NCBI GenBank assembly: GCA_964252035.1
Contig: CAXUOO010000248.1
Length of the DNA: 64,000 nt
Origin: Podarcis erhardii
Taxonomy: Eukaryota
Strand: one strand, 5' to 3'
Under the pieces are notes generated by a model. That model saw only the letters and a program-made list of their open reading frames with translations, did not search any database and had not been told where the DNA came from. The translations under genes and the position numbers were made by a program. The first letter of the stretch is position 1; every line of letters begins with the position of its first letter. Positions 37,501 through 49,712 of the stretch are shown here, piece by piece.

Positions 37501-39091
37501 ACTGTTCCAATGCTTCCGTACACGCCTTCATTTCCTCCTGTTGTTGGGGCTGTTGCTGCATGCACTTCTTGGAGCTGAGCAGCCTCGTTGTGGCTACTCA
37601 GTGGTCGCGCTGCCTGCTGCGACAACATCCCGTCGTCGCCTACCAAGCGACTCACGTCCTGCAAATGCAAATCCGCTTCTGCCATCACTGATATACACAA
37701 CCATTTGTATGCGAATATGTATGCATGTGAAGGCGCCGCGCTCTCACTGGAAGAGCCAGAACTCGCATATATGTGTGTGTTTGTTGGAGTTCTACGAGAT
37801 GTGTGTCGAAACAAGGGAGAGACATTTCCGAAAATGTGTATGTAGTATATGGGTCTTCTGGAAAAACTCATGTGCACATGCACAGATACACCGATTTGTA
37901 TGTACGTGAACACAGAAAGAAGAGAACTTTGCGCAGACACAGGAGCGTCTCCAGATACGTTGAAACTTCACAGATGGACTCTGTGCGTGAAAACTGGCTT
38001 GATTCTGACAAACCACATGTCTTTACCAAAAATACAGCAATAGTAGTACCGTTGTTGGAGAAAAAGTAAATTGTATACAATAGATATATATACAGATGAG
38101 TATGTGCTCACGCATTTGCTCACACACAGACTGAGAACTCTAAAAGGGAGAAAGACTTTGAAACTACAAAAAAGACCAAGTCGGTAGCAATCACTACTTG
38201 AAACAGCTTTATTGCACCTTGGTAGTTCATGCACGTGCACACATACATCCAGCATCCAAAACCTACGACATTCGAGAGATATATAAGTATACTGAAAACG
38301 ACAAGTACACGGCCGTATAGGTATTGTGGCTACCGAGCATGCATGAGGTTATTGTTGAAGAGCAAAGACGAGACTAAACATCGTATTCACACTGACAGGA
38401 AACTCGTCCAAGTTCGACTCAGCCGAAAAAATTTGAATACAAAGCAAAGTACAAATGCGTCTCTAATGCATTGAACTGGCCTTCAAAAAAAGGGCACAAA
38501 AGCCAACAAGATCGCATACGTGCACGCGCGCGAGCGGAGCCATAATACACTGTCTCATACATACATATATATACATATATATATATATATATATGGGTAG
38601 ATTATTGCTCTCTGCACGAAAAAATGCACTTCTGGCATGTTCCTTTCTTTTTTTGTGTGTATGAACACTAAATTATGTATAAATATGCAAGTATCGTGTA
38701 TATTACATGCGTATTGCTTGCTGCATGTGCGTATACACAAACACTCACACACACACACGCAGACACTCATCATTTCTCATGTTAACATATAGATCTATAG
38801 AACACACAGTGATGAGTATGTTGGTCATCGTATATGTACAGGCGCAGATTAACAGAGCTCCAAATTCTTTCAAATAAACTCGAGGCAAATCGTATTTCAT
38901 TCGTAAGGTGTGAACTTCACAGAGTTCCTAATCCTTGATTTGCCTTTTGAAACGAGTCCACGACACCAACGAAGAAGTACACAATCCGCATGCCGACGTA
39001 CTATACACATAACTGTGCTCAGATCCACATCTTTTGTGATGTATAGAAATATATACATATATATATATATAATATACACATATACATATAT

Positions 39092-39122
<31 letters not shown>

Positions 39123-39655
39123 TGAATAGGAGCTCGTTTTAGAAATGAGATAAAAGCATTGTTGCGTTGCGTAGAACAGATTTTGAACACCTCACTCACA
39201 CATACAACCAAATGACGTATACAAGCACGCATACGTGGCACCATAAAATATTGTTTCCGCTGCGTAGGCAGAAGCCGACGTGTGGTTTTTGCCGTATATA
39301 AGCAAGATGAATACATAACATACATTTACTGACAGATACGCCTTGACTTTCATGCAAACGTTAGAGCGAATCCGACACACTCTCACGAGTCTACAAAATA
39401 GTACGTATTATCACAGCGAAACCCAACATGTTTGAGACACAGAAATGCCGCTTTCATCTGCTGTTAAAAAAAAAAAGCAACCGTTACCAATTTCACATCA
39501 ACAGCAGCGAGCGGCTGCTGCTGCTGCAGCTTCTATGCTATAGCATGCACTGCTGACGCTGCTGCTTGCGCTACAGAGACTGAAAACAACAGGAATTAGC
39601 ATGCTCGCAACTAGTCTTAAACACTCCCTCTCGTCCCACGAAAAAGGGGTAAAGA

Positions 39656-39690
<35 letters not shown>

Positions 39691-39845
39691 CATTCTTTCA
39701 AGCTGTACAGACACACAGATATAGTGTTGAGCAGCTGCAGGGTCCTATTCTTGTAGCAGTTCTTGATGCTAGCCGTGTGCACATGGTTCGTGCTTTTCAT
39801 CCAAGGCAAGCAGGACAGCAAGCTTTTCGACTCATGCTCTGCATA

Positions 39846-39885
<40 letters not shown>

Positions 39886-40508
39886 CGTAAACAGCCTTAT
39901 TGTGAGATCTGCAGCAGAAAAATCAAGTCATAAGTTGAACAGAAGGAGCAGAAAAAGCAGTAGTAGCAGCAGCAGTAACAGGGCCACTTTCAATCTCTCG
40001 GTTGCGGCGACAACACGACGCAGCAAAACACTGTGCGTCTCCAAACGTGTAGACATCATACACATTTGTACACACTGCCACATATATGTGAATACCCTTT
40101 TTTATATGATCCGTGAACACATACTAGCTACATAGGCTAGAACAGCGGAATCCTTGCCTGAAGGTCGTAGAGGCCAGGGATTTGCTTGAACGGATTGACG
40201 GCTATGAGAATTGGGCCCGTGAAAGTGTAGATTTCGTCAATATCAAAACGCAGATGGAGAGAGTCGAGCACCGCAGCCTCATGCAGATGTGTTAGCATCG
40301 TTAAATCCGTAGGTGCGCTCAAACCCGTCGAATTCCAGACATCTGAAGAAACCGTCAAGTCACATAGTTCTACTTTAACCTGCTTTTTTCAGTGTCACGA
40401 CACTCTACGTATTCATGTGCATACATATACAAATATACGTCGTACATTGAGATTGTTTACCTCGGCGTAATTCACGCAAACGCAAACACTGTGAACACAT
40501 ATATGACC

Positions 40509-40544
<36 letters not shown>

Positions 40545-41975
40545 CATGTATGGTCAAGTGTGGATTCCCCTTTCGACACTCAGAAAACTAGGGACACATC
40601 TGAAAAGTTTATGTTTACAATTTTCTGCATCTTAAAAGTGATAGTGATTCTGTATGAATACGCAAATACACAGAACGTCTAGTGGAACCAGAATGTGTGT
40701 ACACAGTAGAGAAATGAAGAAACTAACGGTCCGCACACTGCATGAAACGAATATATAGGAACTGACCACAATGTGTAAACTTTGTCACATTCCAGGGCTT
40801 GACGACTCTGATAAAACCCTGTACTTTTAAAATTCTTTTGATTCAGCATACTGAAAGAACAAAGCGATGGCTTGGGGTTTCTGCTGTACCTCTTATTGTG
40901 TACGTAGCTTCCTACTACTCAAAAGAACTTCATAGCTTGACATAGTCAGACATATTCAGCTCAGCTTGTATGTACTCCAATTCACAGTATCTTTGTGTGC
41001 TGATATACGCGTATACATACATCAAGGATATATTTGTATAGGAGAAAGACGAGCTTGCGTGTTCTATTTGCTCTAACTATATGTTTCACTCGATGTGCGG
41101 GCGGTACATACATACAGATATAGCTGACATATGTATGTATATGGTCATACACATGACAACCATTGCGATTTACATACATATATATATATATATACATATC
41201 GCTTTTTATACCTCTATTATCTGCATTTTTTACATCATTTATTTAGTGGATTTCTCTCAAAATGCCTGTAAAAAACCGGCTGTTGGCGTCTTTATGTATA
41301 CCGCAGCTTGCTACAGCTGTCACCCCACCAGTCAGTCAACTAAGGATGACGGCTGCATATCAGTGGAGTTGATGTAAAAGTAAGATGCGACACTTCACAA
41401 AGATTTAGAGCAATAAGCAAGGGCTCCTGCGAAAAGTGCACTGCAGCGACAGCACCAGTGACGATGACCACCACTGTACATCACACACACATGTGCGTGT
41501 ATCGATACACAAACAAAGACATATACATAAACATATATATATATATATAAACATGTATATGTATGGAGCAGCTTCCTCATGCCTGAAGTATCCTGAGGAG
41601 CTGCAGCAGCAAATTCACTCTACAGTCATTGCACCTGTGTGGTTTTGTAAGAAAGTATTAAACGTCTGTTTCGGCAACACAAACCCACAGCGCAGCCAAC
41701 GCTTGACAGCCTTGTAAAGAAGAAGCACCTGTGTTGCATAAATGCCACGTGTCTTGTCCGTGAAGCGTGAGAAGGTCGTGCTCGTCATCGACTCGCACAG
41801 TGATACGACTACCGTCTTCTTCAACGCGCACAACTTCTGCAGTTTTCCACACAACTGCAGCATCAGGAATGTATATCTTTGTGCCCACTGCTACTCTCGC
41901 TACTACGCAGCCGGCAGGGTTGCTGCCGTTGCTGCTGGCACCAACTGCGCCATTAAAGGCGCTTTTTGCCTTCAT
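10622..41975 (-). CDS. MyoF: Myosin F (class XXII myosin with WD40 tail), 17 exons, ~2350 aa
   Basis: Exons (5'->3'): 41975-41729, 40342-40158, 37658-37174, 36227-35619, 35131-34674, 33004-31576, 29960-29719, 29059-28889, 26664-25253, 24360-23786, 21978-21580, 19486-19395, 17022-16878, 14472-14314, 13527-13388, 11686-11526, 10756-10622. All splice phases match. Motifs: [32 protein letters not shown], six IQ, coiled coil, WD40 repeats ([35 protein letters not shown]). Frame breaks lie in exons 9 and 16. A small extra exon between exons 2 and 3 cannot be excluded. Confidence 0.95.
18143..18333. repeat. Imperfect long inverted repeat (hairpin) in a MyoF intron
   Basis: GATGTGCACGCTTCTGCATTCTGCACGCACATC (18163-18195) matches the reverse complement of GATGTGAGTGCAGAATGCAGATGCGTTCATGTC (18286-18318). 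Flanking TATATCGA and (TA)n extend the stem. Confidence 0.8.
25253..26075 (-). other. Rab/Roc-like small-GTPase-fold domain in the MyoF tail
   Basis: [14 protein letters not shown] (G1), LLLDFPG (G3), [17 protein letters not shown] (degenerate G4). Confidence 0.75.
26113..26208 (-). repeat. In-frame 2 x 48-bp tandem duplication in MyoF exon 9
   Basis: Encodes [16 protein letters not shown] followed by [16 protein letters not shown]. Confidence 0.9.
26717..27990. repeat. Minisatellite of ~35 units of 36-38 bp with higher-order structure, in MyoF intron 8
   Basis: Shared core TTTTGTCGACGCATGCA. Unit variants: ..TCTGCACGAGAACTC.., ..TCTGCACGACAACTC.., ..TCTGCACTACAACTC.., ..GCTTCATTATGAACTC... 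Periods of 74 and 110 bp are visible in the repeated ORF starts (27150, 27224, 27298, 27408, 27518). Confidence 0.95.
30126..30333. other. Assembly gap (N run)
   Basis: 208 N, next to (TATG)n-type repeats, within MyoF intron 6. Confidence 0.99.
31324..31511. other. Assembly gap (N run)
   Basis: 188 N within MyoF intron 6. Confidence 0.99.
31890..41975 (-). other. MyoF: MyoF motor domain (exons 1-6)
   Basis: SH3-like N-terminus (VGTKIYIPD), [18 protein letters not shown]-loop [10 protein letters not shown], switch [11 protein letters not shown], switch [31 protein letters not shown], converter WAVGKTLCF. Confidence 0.95.
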
Positions 41976-43959
41976 CGAGGCTGCTCGTTTTTTTCACACC
42001 GAGTGGTTGGGCGCGCTACAGCAGCCGCTTCAGGCTCAGCAAAAGTGGCGCCAGTTGTTGCACCAAGTGGTGGTTTGAAAGACAATCTCCCGCTTTCTGA
42101 CTACTAGAGTGTGCTCCTGTGGTTGTTTGAGCTGCCCATCTGCTGCTAGTTCAGGCGTTTCTTTGCATGCGCGTGCTCGGTGCTCTCTCTGCTGAAAAAG
42201 CGGAAGATTGTGTCGCAACTTCTGCGAAGTTGTTTGCTCGACTATCCACACAAGCCTTCTGGAGGCTGCTGTGGCTGAAGAGTTACTGTAGAAGATCCTT
42301 CTACGAGATGTATACGCAACAAGGGTGCTATAGAATGGGCGCGCGAAGAGGGCAGCAGCTGCTGCTGTAGCTGCAGATTTGCAGCACAGCTGCAGCTGCT
42401 GTTGGAGGCCAACTGCAGTTTTGTCGCCCCTTTCGTGTTGCACTGCACTTTCGGCCAGGATCTCCACCCCACGAGAAACTCCAATATTCTGCGTGCTTGC
42501 GATGGGGTGTCTTGACACTGCAGCTGCTGCTGAAGCGAACTAACTGCTGTGTCTGCTGCTTCTGTTAGGGGCGCTTGGTTTCTTGACGAAAAGATTGCGA
42601 ATTTTGACGGGCTTGCGAAAGATGTGATGATCCAACAATTGCACTTGTCTTAGCCGTCACATTTGCAGCTGCAATGTGTTGCTTGGCTGTTGGTGATGTG
42701 CCGCGCGTCTACTACAGAGCACAGAAACACAACTAAGCACTCACTCACTGTGCTTGATTCACGCACACAAACAGCGTCACATTTCACACACTATGTAGGG
42801 CACTGAAAACAACGGCCTCTTGACCGACATGTATGGAAAAGCTCACTCTACTTCACAAATTTGTAGACTCACAACCCTGAATACTCTGCAGCTTGGTATG
42901 CGCAGGCGTTGGCGCATCGATCCGATTTTGTAAATACTGAGCATCGTGCGCGCAGCGTAAGCGCAGAAAGAGAGTAGCTTACTCACATCTTTTTACAACA
43001 GTTATTGAGTCTATGCACACATTTTCGACTACTGTATTCGAGTGCTGCAGTTGTACAGCGTCTACAGAAGTAACATACAGGGTCTCTTCATACAGGTGGA
43101 TTGGCATACACGGAATTCACTCAAGTACTGACACAGACGTCTTCAACGTTGCGGTTGCCAACAGTGGTGCCGAACAAAGGTACTTCAAAAAATGTATAAC
43201 ATGAAAAAATCAGCAGCTCAAGCGAGCAATGGCAGCAGCGTGAGACGTAGCGCCTGCAATGGCTTTAGCAGGAGAGCTGATGGGACACCAGACAATACAG
43301 CGGGTGCGGTTTTCAGGAAGTGACTTGTGCTCTCTCTCTCGTCGACAGTGTGAAGTAGCTGCAGGAACTCTCTGAGGGATGTACACACAAATTTAATGAT
43401 TACACGCACACTCATAATACTGTTGCACAACGACGACAGAGAAAAAGGTGAGCTCGCGTAAATTGCGCGCGGCTTCTCTGATTCAGAAACATGGTATAAA
43501 GCACAGGCTAACGTCGTTGTGTTTGTGCTCGATGGTCAACTGCATACGAACGAAGAATTCAACTGATATAGAACTATACGATGAGGCACTGCCTATGAAG
43601 TAGCAGCTTAGTCCTACTGCAGCATTTTTTGCGAGGCACCCCGTCGAGGATTTTCCGTAGAAACGCATAATCGACTTCTGGAACGAAAAAGTCGTCTAAA
43701 GATGAATGAGTTCTAGTTTTAATATGAAACAGTTAAAATGACCTCAATGCTGATATAACCCGCGAAAAAAGGAACAGCACTTTACATATTGTATTTGAAA
43801 AACAAGAAACACGACATAGGCGCATATCAGTTTTCCATAAAGTGTGTCACCATGTACAAAGCAGCTCCTGATGAGCCCGTCTCGCCGATGCCCGTTTTTG
43901 TTCAAAATTTGTAATTGTATTTATATAAGCATCTTTACACATGTACAAACAGCACATTT

Positions 43960-44401
43960 CTAAAGTATTGACAACCAGGCCGCGCAAGAAAGCAAGACAT
44001 TCTCTACTGATCGTGATTCCTGCGACTGTGTGTCTTTTATTCAAGCAAGACCGTTACTGCCACACTCCAAAGATTCGTACTGCTGATTTACTATTATGCG
44101 ACTTACTTCTCTGAAACGTAACTTGAGTACAGTGTCTCTGAAAAAAGCGAGGAGAGCTTATGTAATTGTATATATATACGCATCTTTTCACGTGTACAAG
44201 TTACACAATTCTCACACATCGACAACCAGAAAACAGGACGTTCTTTAGTGGTCGGGAAAGCTGCGACTGTGTGTCTTCCATTCGGACAAGACCGCTATTG
44301 CCGCACTCCAAAGATTTTGGTACTGCTGAATTACTAGTATGCAACTCACTTTTGAGAAGTAAATTGATTAGCTGTGTCTCTGAAAAGAGCGAGGAGAGCT
44401 T
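43960..44401. repeat. Diverged tandem duplication, period ~241 bp
   Basis: CTGCGACTGTGTGTCTT at 44020 and 44261. ACTCCAAAGATT, GTACTGCTGA and TGTCTCTGAAAA.AGCGAGGAGAGCTT also recur in both copies. Confidence 0.85.
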
Positions 44402-47321
44402 TTGATGAGGTACAAAGTAAAGCGTCGAAAAAGAAGTTACGATCGTTGCTAAGAGGCGAAAAAAAGAAGAGTTTATTGGCAAGACAGGGTAGGTACGAAG
44501 AGGAAATCCAGCGAGACATTCATGACCTCAATATACGATACACCGCGCTATAATATGTACGTTGCTGAAAACAAACCTGCGACAAGACTATAAACACAAA
44601 TACAGGACCGTGGTATGGTTTTGATACCGAAACTCATAAATATTAGAGCAGCTCCAAGACGACGTTGCAGGAAAACACAACTACCATATACAGCGATCGG
44701 CAAAACTCTCTCTCTCTGCTCATGACTCCAGCCGCTCTGAAGACAGCATTATAAAAGCTACTATCAAGTTTGCGCAGGATCGCGCCACACGAATCTGTCG
44801 GTGCAACAGACAATTCGCCCGTAGCTGTCCCGTGAGCAGCAAAGGAAGTGGAGGCAGCAGAGCAGCACTCGACCCCATCACGATAGCAGCACATTCTCAC
44901 ACGCTGTGCTGAAGCTTCGCGTTCTCACTTGTCATCGCATCTTCTTTGATTCTTTCTCCACTCCGTATGAATAAAGCAGTATAGAGTATTCAGCTCTATA
45001 TCACTGTCATATTAAAATGTCATAAACTTTCTGTCCACGCGCGCTATCATCAGCTTATTTTGGCTGTGAATTTACAGCTGCAGCTGATCGACCGCCCCCA
45101 GCGCCGCACCGAACCTCAGTGGCACTAGCTTCCACGAAGGAGTGCGTACACTTTACGTCAGGTATGCTTTCACCTTTTAATCCATATTTTGATTATTCGG
45201 CTATTGGACCGGTAAGGGCTATCAGCCTCCAATCAGCAGGGCATGACAGTGGCAAACATGCACCGCTGAAAAACTTTTATTTTTCGACTTGTGAGTTCCG
45301 AGTGGTAGATACCGAGTCGCGTGCCCTTGTTGTTGCTGACCGGCATCCACTTAATTCTGCAATTATATGCTGCATATTTCTTCTCCAGCTGTGACACACA
45401 ATTAGGGAACGAAACTACGTACAAGCGACTACCAAGTCTTACTGGCAATTCCGATAGAGAATAGAACTGATGTAGCACCCTCGTTGACCACTGGGATACT
45501 AAAGAGGAATGCCATCAAAAAGATCTAGACATTTATCTCGCACACAAACTGCTTTTTAGCGGAAATTTTATGAAAATCCATATTGCGCCGTACGAATCCA
45601 CTGCAAGGTCGGAAAAAGGGTGCATATTCCTTTTCCTACGTCGCTTAAGTGCCCTTACACGAGAAGCACAGCAGTAGGCATTGCATACCTTAATATTTGA
45701 TCTGTAGGCTATCAGTACGCACTGCAATTCATAATATTTGATTTGTGTGCTATCTCCCATTAGCGCAGTCTGCAGAGCATTATGCTGTCGTCGTTTCAGT
45801 GTGTATACCAACATTCAGAACAGATTTTCCTGACGTGAAAACTTGCATATATATAAACAGTAATTATTGAATGGGGATAAAGCTGAGACACTCAAGCATG
45901 CATTGGATGTGCGATACGATGAGCGATACTCTTTTTACATCGATTTGAGCTGTAGTTTTGCGCCAGCATGGATCCTCAGCTTCGACTAATGCCGACATTA
46001 GAAACAATAGCTTTTACTGTAATGAACGATTGCTGTTGAAACTTCCGATTCTTTGAAATTCAGTTGAGTGTGCGCTTGACATTTTCACAGTAGCTTTTGA
46101 GCGTTCGGGTAGCGTATGTGAGAGGAGTGAAGCTATGTGAAACGAGTCCTTTTTTCCCTAATGAATATCGTGAAATTTCTTTTCTTGCGACTGATACAAT
46201 GATTTGCTAACGGCTCTGTATAAACCGTCATTGGCTTAATCCTGTCCCTCTTTCGCTGACTAACTAGAACATGCTGTACTCGGTGTAACCCCGAGGCGTC
46301 TGCATAGTGTTGGCAAATTTTGTTATATGCTGATATCGCCATTTCCTTTAATTGATCAGCACTCCGCGCCAAAACCTTCTTACGTAATAATACTGGCATG
46401 TTCATGAAAATATGAAAACGTTCTATGAGGCAAGGGATCGAGACATATACATCTATCGCGTGCGAACATCGGCTGCGTTTTAAGAAGAAATACCAGTTCA
46501 ATGTCTTTACTTTAACTGAAGAACTATACCTTCTCTCTAGAATTTCTACTGCGTACTTGAGAATCAAACATACAACTGTTTTGAAGACTGAACGTGCCGA
46601 TATGGGGGCGTCAAATAGATTCTGAAGCCACTGCTTCCCGTGTTTGTTACGAGAAATTAGATTTGTTCAGTGCTTGAGCTGGTAGCGGTTACTGGATCTG
46701 AATGCCGACATTGCATTTGTATGTGTATGGCAGCAACAAAAGACTTGATGGAGATAGCAGCGGAAGTCTCGCCAGCAGCTGCCGCAACAGGTAGAGTATA
46801 TTTATAGTCCAAGTCGTGCTGTGACTGGCGTTGCAACAATGGAGACTGCACGACTTCGACGTACACCCATAGTAATATAGCGAAATACTCAATGATTATC
46901 ACTGTGCAAGATGTGATAGACCGTCACTTGAAACATCAGCAAGCCATTTGTGTCCCCGCCGTTCCTCTGAGTTGTAACCCCCGAGAAGAGGTTTAATTTT
47001 ATTTATAAATGTGTAAGTACATTTGTGCTTCTCTACGTGACTTGTTAGCCAACATACATTTGCGGGCACATCTGAGATTTTATTCATTGCATTCATGGAA
47101 CTCGTACGTATATCGGATGTCAGTTCCTATACATGTACGTACACGCACACAAATTTTACTAATGTTTTATTCATTTGAAACAGTCGTAAAACTTTTCTAC
47201 TGGAGTATATTCTCCAAGCTAGCTCCAATACTTTGATACTTGCCAAAGCGAGCAACCGCTACGCAGTGTATGTATATATGTACACATGTACATAAGCGTT
47301 AGTATCGCGTTTCTAAATTCG

Positions 47322-47359
<38 letters not shown>

Positions 47360-49712
47360 CGGTACATACGCCGTATTATTGAGTATCTAATTCTGAGACG
47401 CCGTGATCGCCCTGGCTGGCGTGGAAGGTGATACTGCGAGCTACTTTTGTAAGAATTATGAATTTAGACGGGCGCTCTCTTGTGTCGTCAAAATGTAGAC
47501 GTGGCAGCACCTACCAGCCGTGAGAGTATGAGGAATTTCATCAGCATTTTCTGTTATCGGTAGAGAAATTCTAAAAATGAGCATACAGAAAAAATGTAGA
47601 CTCCCCACGGCGATATTTATGGTAATATGTTCACATTTTGTATATGTTTGCACGAAGGATTTTCTACTGAGCAGAGACGTGCGAAACACTCGAAGAACAG
47701 ATATGGTCTGAAATACGTACTCCTACGGTTGAGTTGTAAGGGAGACGAGGGTGCTGGGGATTTTTGAGACTTCAGTACGTTGGTATATTACTAGGCACGC
47801 CTACGGTACTTGTGTAAACGATGCTCGTCAGTGTAATATCTAGTATACACTGCATCTGTCACGTGCCACATAGTCCCCCTTTCTACTCGCCCATCATCAG
47901 AAAAGAATGAACTGCTTGTAAACATGGCATATAAATAGAGGGCGCCAGCATTACCTTGTTTAAAAGTTGCAAAAAATGCATATCCATGGTAAAAGTCTGG
48001 ACTTAAATATCAAAGTGGACCTACAACAGTAGTTTCCTACCGTAAAGTTTCGCAAGATTGTGTGTTTCCAAAGCAGAGATTGACTTGACATAACTTACCA
48101 TCGAAAAAACTCTAGCAATCAAGTTGATGTCAAACGCAGAGGATTCTCCTCATATAGCAACTTATGCCAGGAGAAGACTCGTAAAACTGTCCATAGAGTT
48201 CAGTCAGAGGCGACTTCTGCGTCACTCGCCACAAAGAAGGTTCGCATAGCATATACTCCTGATATATAGTTCGAGCAGCCGCTTCAATTATAATATCAGA
48301 GAATCAAAAGATCTTTGAGAAAAAAATTAGGCATATGGTCTATACGCACTTATCACTTGTGTACTCTATTAATTTTTCGGTGACTTTTCGTGGAATGGAT
48401 CCTCTGGGCAACTCAGTGGTTCACGCCTAGCTTTTTCAAAGAGAGCATACAAGTTTGTACAAAAACGGGGACAATATCAGAAAAGGAATTTACAGCTGTC
48501 TAGACAAAATAGAAGATTGCAATTGTAACACACTACTTGCATGTGCATGCGCAATCATAAATGATCCCTACAACTGCAAGTACAAAATGTCGAACTTTGA
48601 CTTGGCTTCCACGCAACAACATTGTGGCTACATGCAGTGTCCGAGTGTACGAGCATAAAATGCTGCTCATAGTAATCATAGTTGGCAGACGTACTATTGA
48701 TACCAGGACAGTTTGAAGCGCGCACATTTTCATACATATGGTGATGGGTCGTTTTTGCATATACACGTGCGATATATATTTACAGTCCTAAGAATAACAA
48801 GATTGAAAAAAAAGGAGAGGATGAGACAGCTCTCAACGCTTTCACACTGTTTTCGGTTTCAATTGCATATTATCTTTCACGGCAGGTGCCTTGTCTCTCT
48901 GTTGGTTGAAAGACAAAATTTGTATACAAGTAGGTTTGACTAATAAGAGCACATCCATAACGGATCTTTTTGTTTTGATCTCGTCTCTTGTGAATCCATG
49001 TATTTAACTTTCAAGGTGTGCAAAAATTCTTGTTGTCCTGTTGCACACAGCATCGCTTGCAGCTACCGAAACAATTTTGAAAACAGCGGTCGCTTTGCAA
49101 CAAGACACCACTTCAGCGACGGAGAACAGCAGTTGTAGGCTTCTTAACGCGAGGCCAGCGAAACGCGCCAAGCATCAGCAGGTTCCTGGGAGCAGGGGGT
49201 CCATCTTTGCGTAAATGCAAGCAGAACCAACCAGCGCAGCAGCAAAAGCAAAGCAGCAGTAATAGCCAAACAAGGAGCAACCGACCAGACAAAAGTAGGA
49301 ACCCAAATAAAACTGAAATATAAAAGAGAATGTTTCTTTGAACTAGGTACACAATCGCAGCAAACTGTTAAGGAGCAATAAAGCAGCTGCTAGTAGTACC
49401 GAAGCCGAAACCATCAGCTTCGCCCCGTCGCATCAAAAACAGCAACAGCGGGCGACTTGACGCAAAACTCTGGCACATGATTGCATCGGGCGCAGCCGGA
49501 CAACAAGGAAAAATATGGACTGCAGATAATCACTTATGTGGAGCACTGCTTGCCCCCGAGCTTCTTGCGAGACAGTTCTGCGTGGACAGCCACAGATATC
49601 TACTGGTTGACAGGCAAACAAATGCGCTGTTTGAGCCTTTGCAGAGTGTGCAAAAGCATAATTTTCACATCGAGAAGCCTGCTTCACGGCAGCGGGACTA
49701 CTAGGCGTCAAT

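Larger units (their letters stand above)
10840..43400. repeat. Repeat-rich segment: dense (TA)n, (CA)n, (GA)n, (CAG)n, (TAG)n microsatellites and TGCATGCA octamers
   Basis: Dozens of (TA)n runs (e.g. 10850, 12640, 14845, 17730, 18247, 28520, 39660, 39847). TGCATGCA at e.g. 17184, 21980, 22628, 24489, 35461. The flanks (1-10800 and 53500-64000) are almost free of these repeats. Confidence 0.85.

Noticed and set aside
10900-41600. Many short YI/IY-rich ORFs
   Set aside because: Translations of (TA)n microsatellites.
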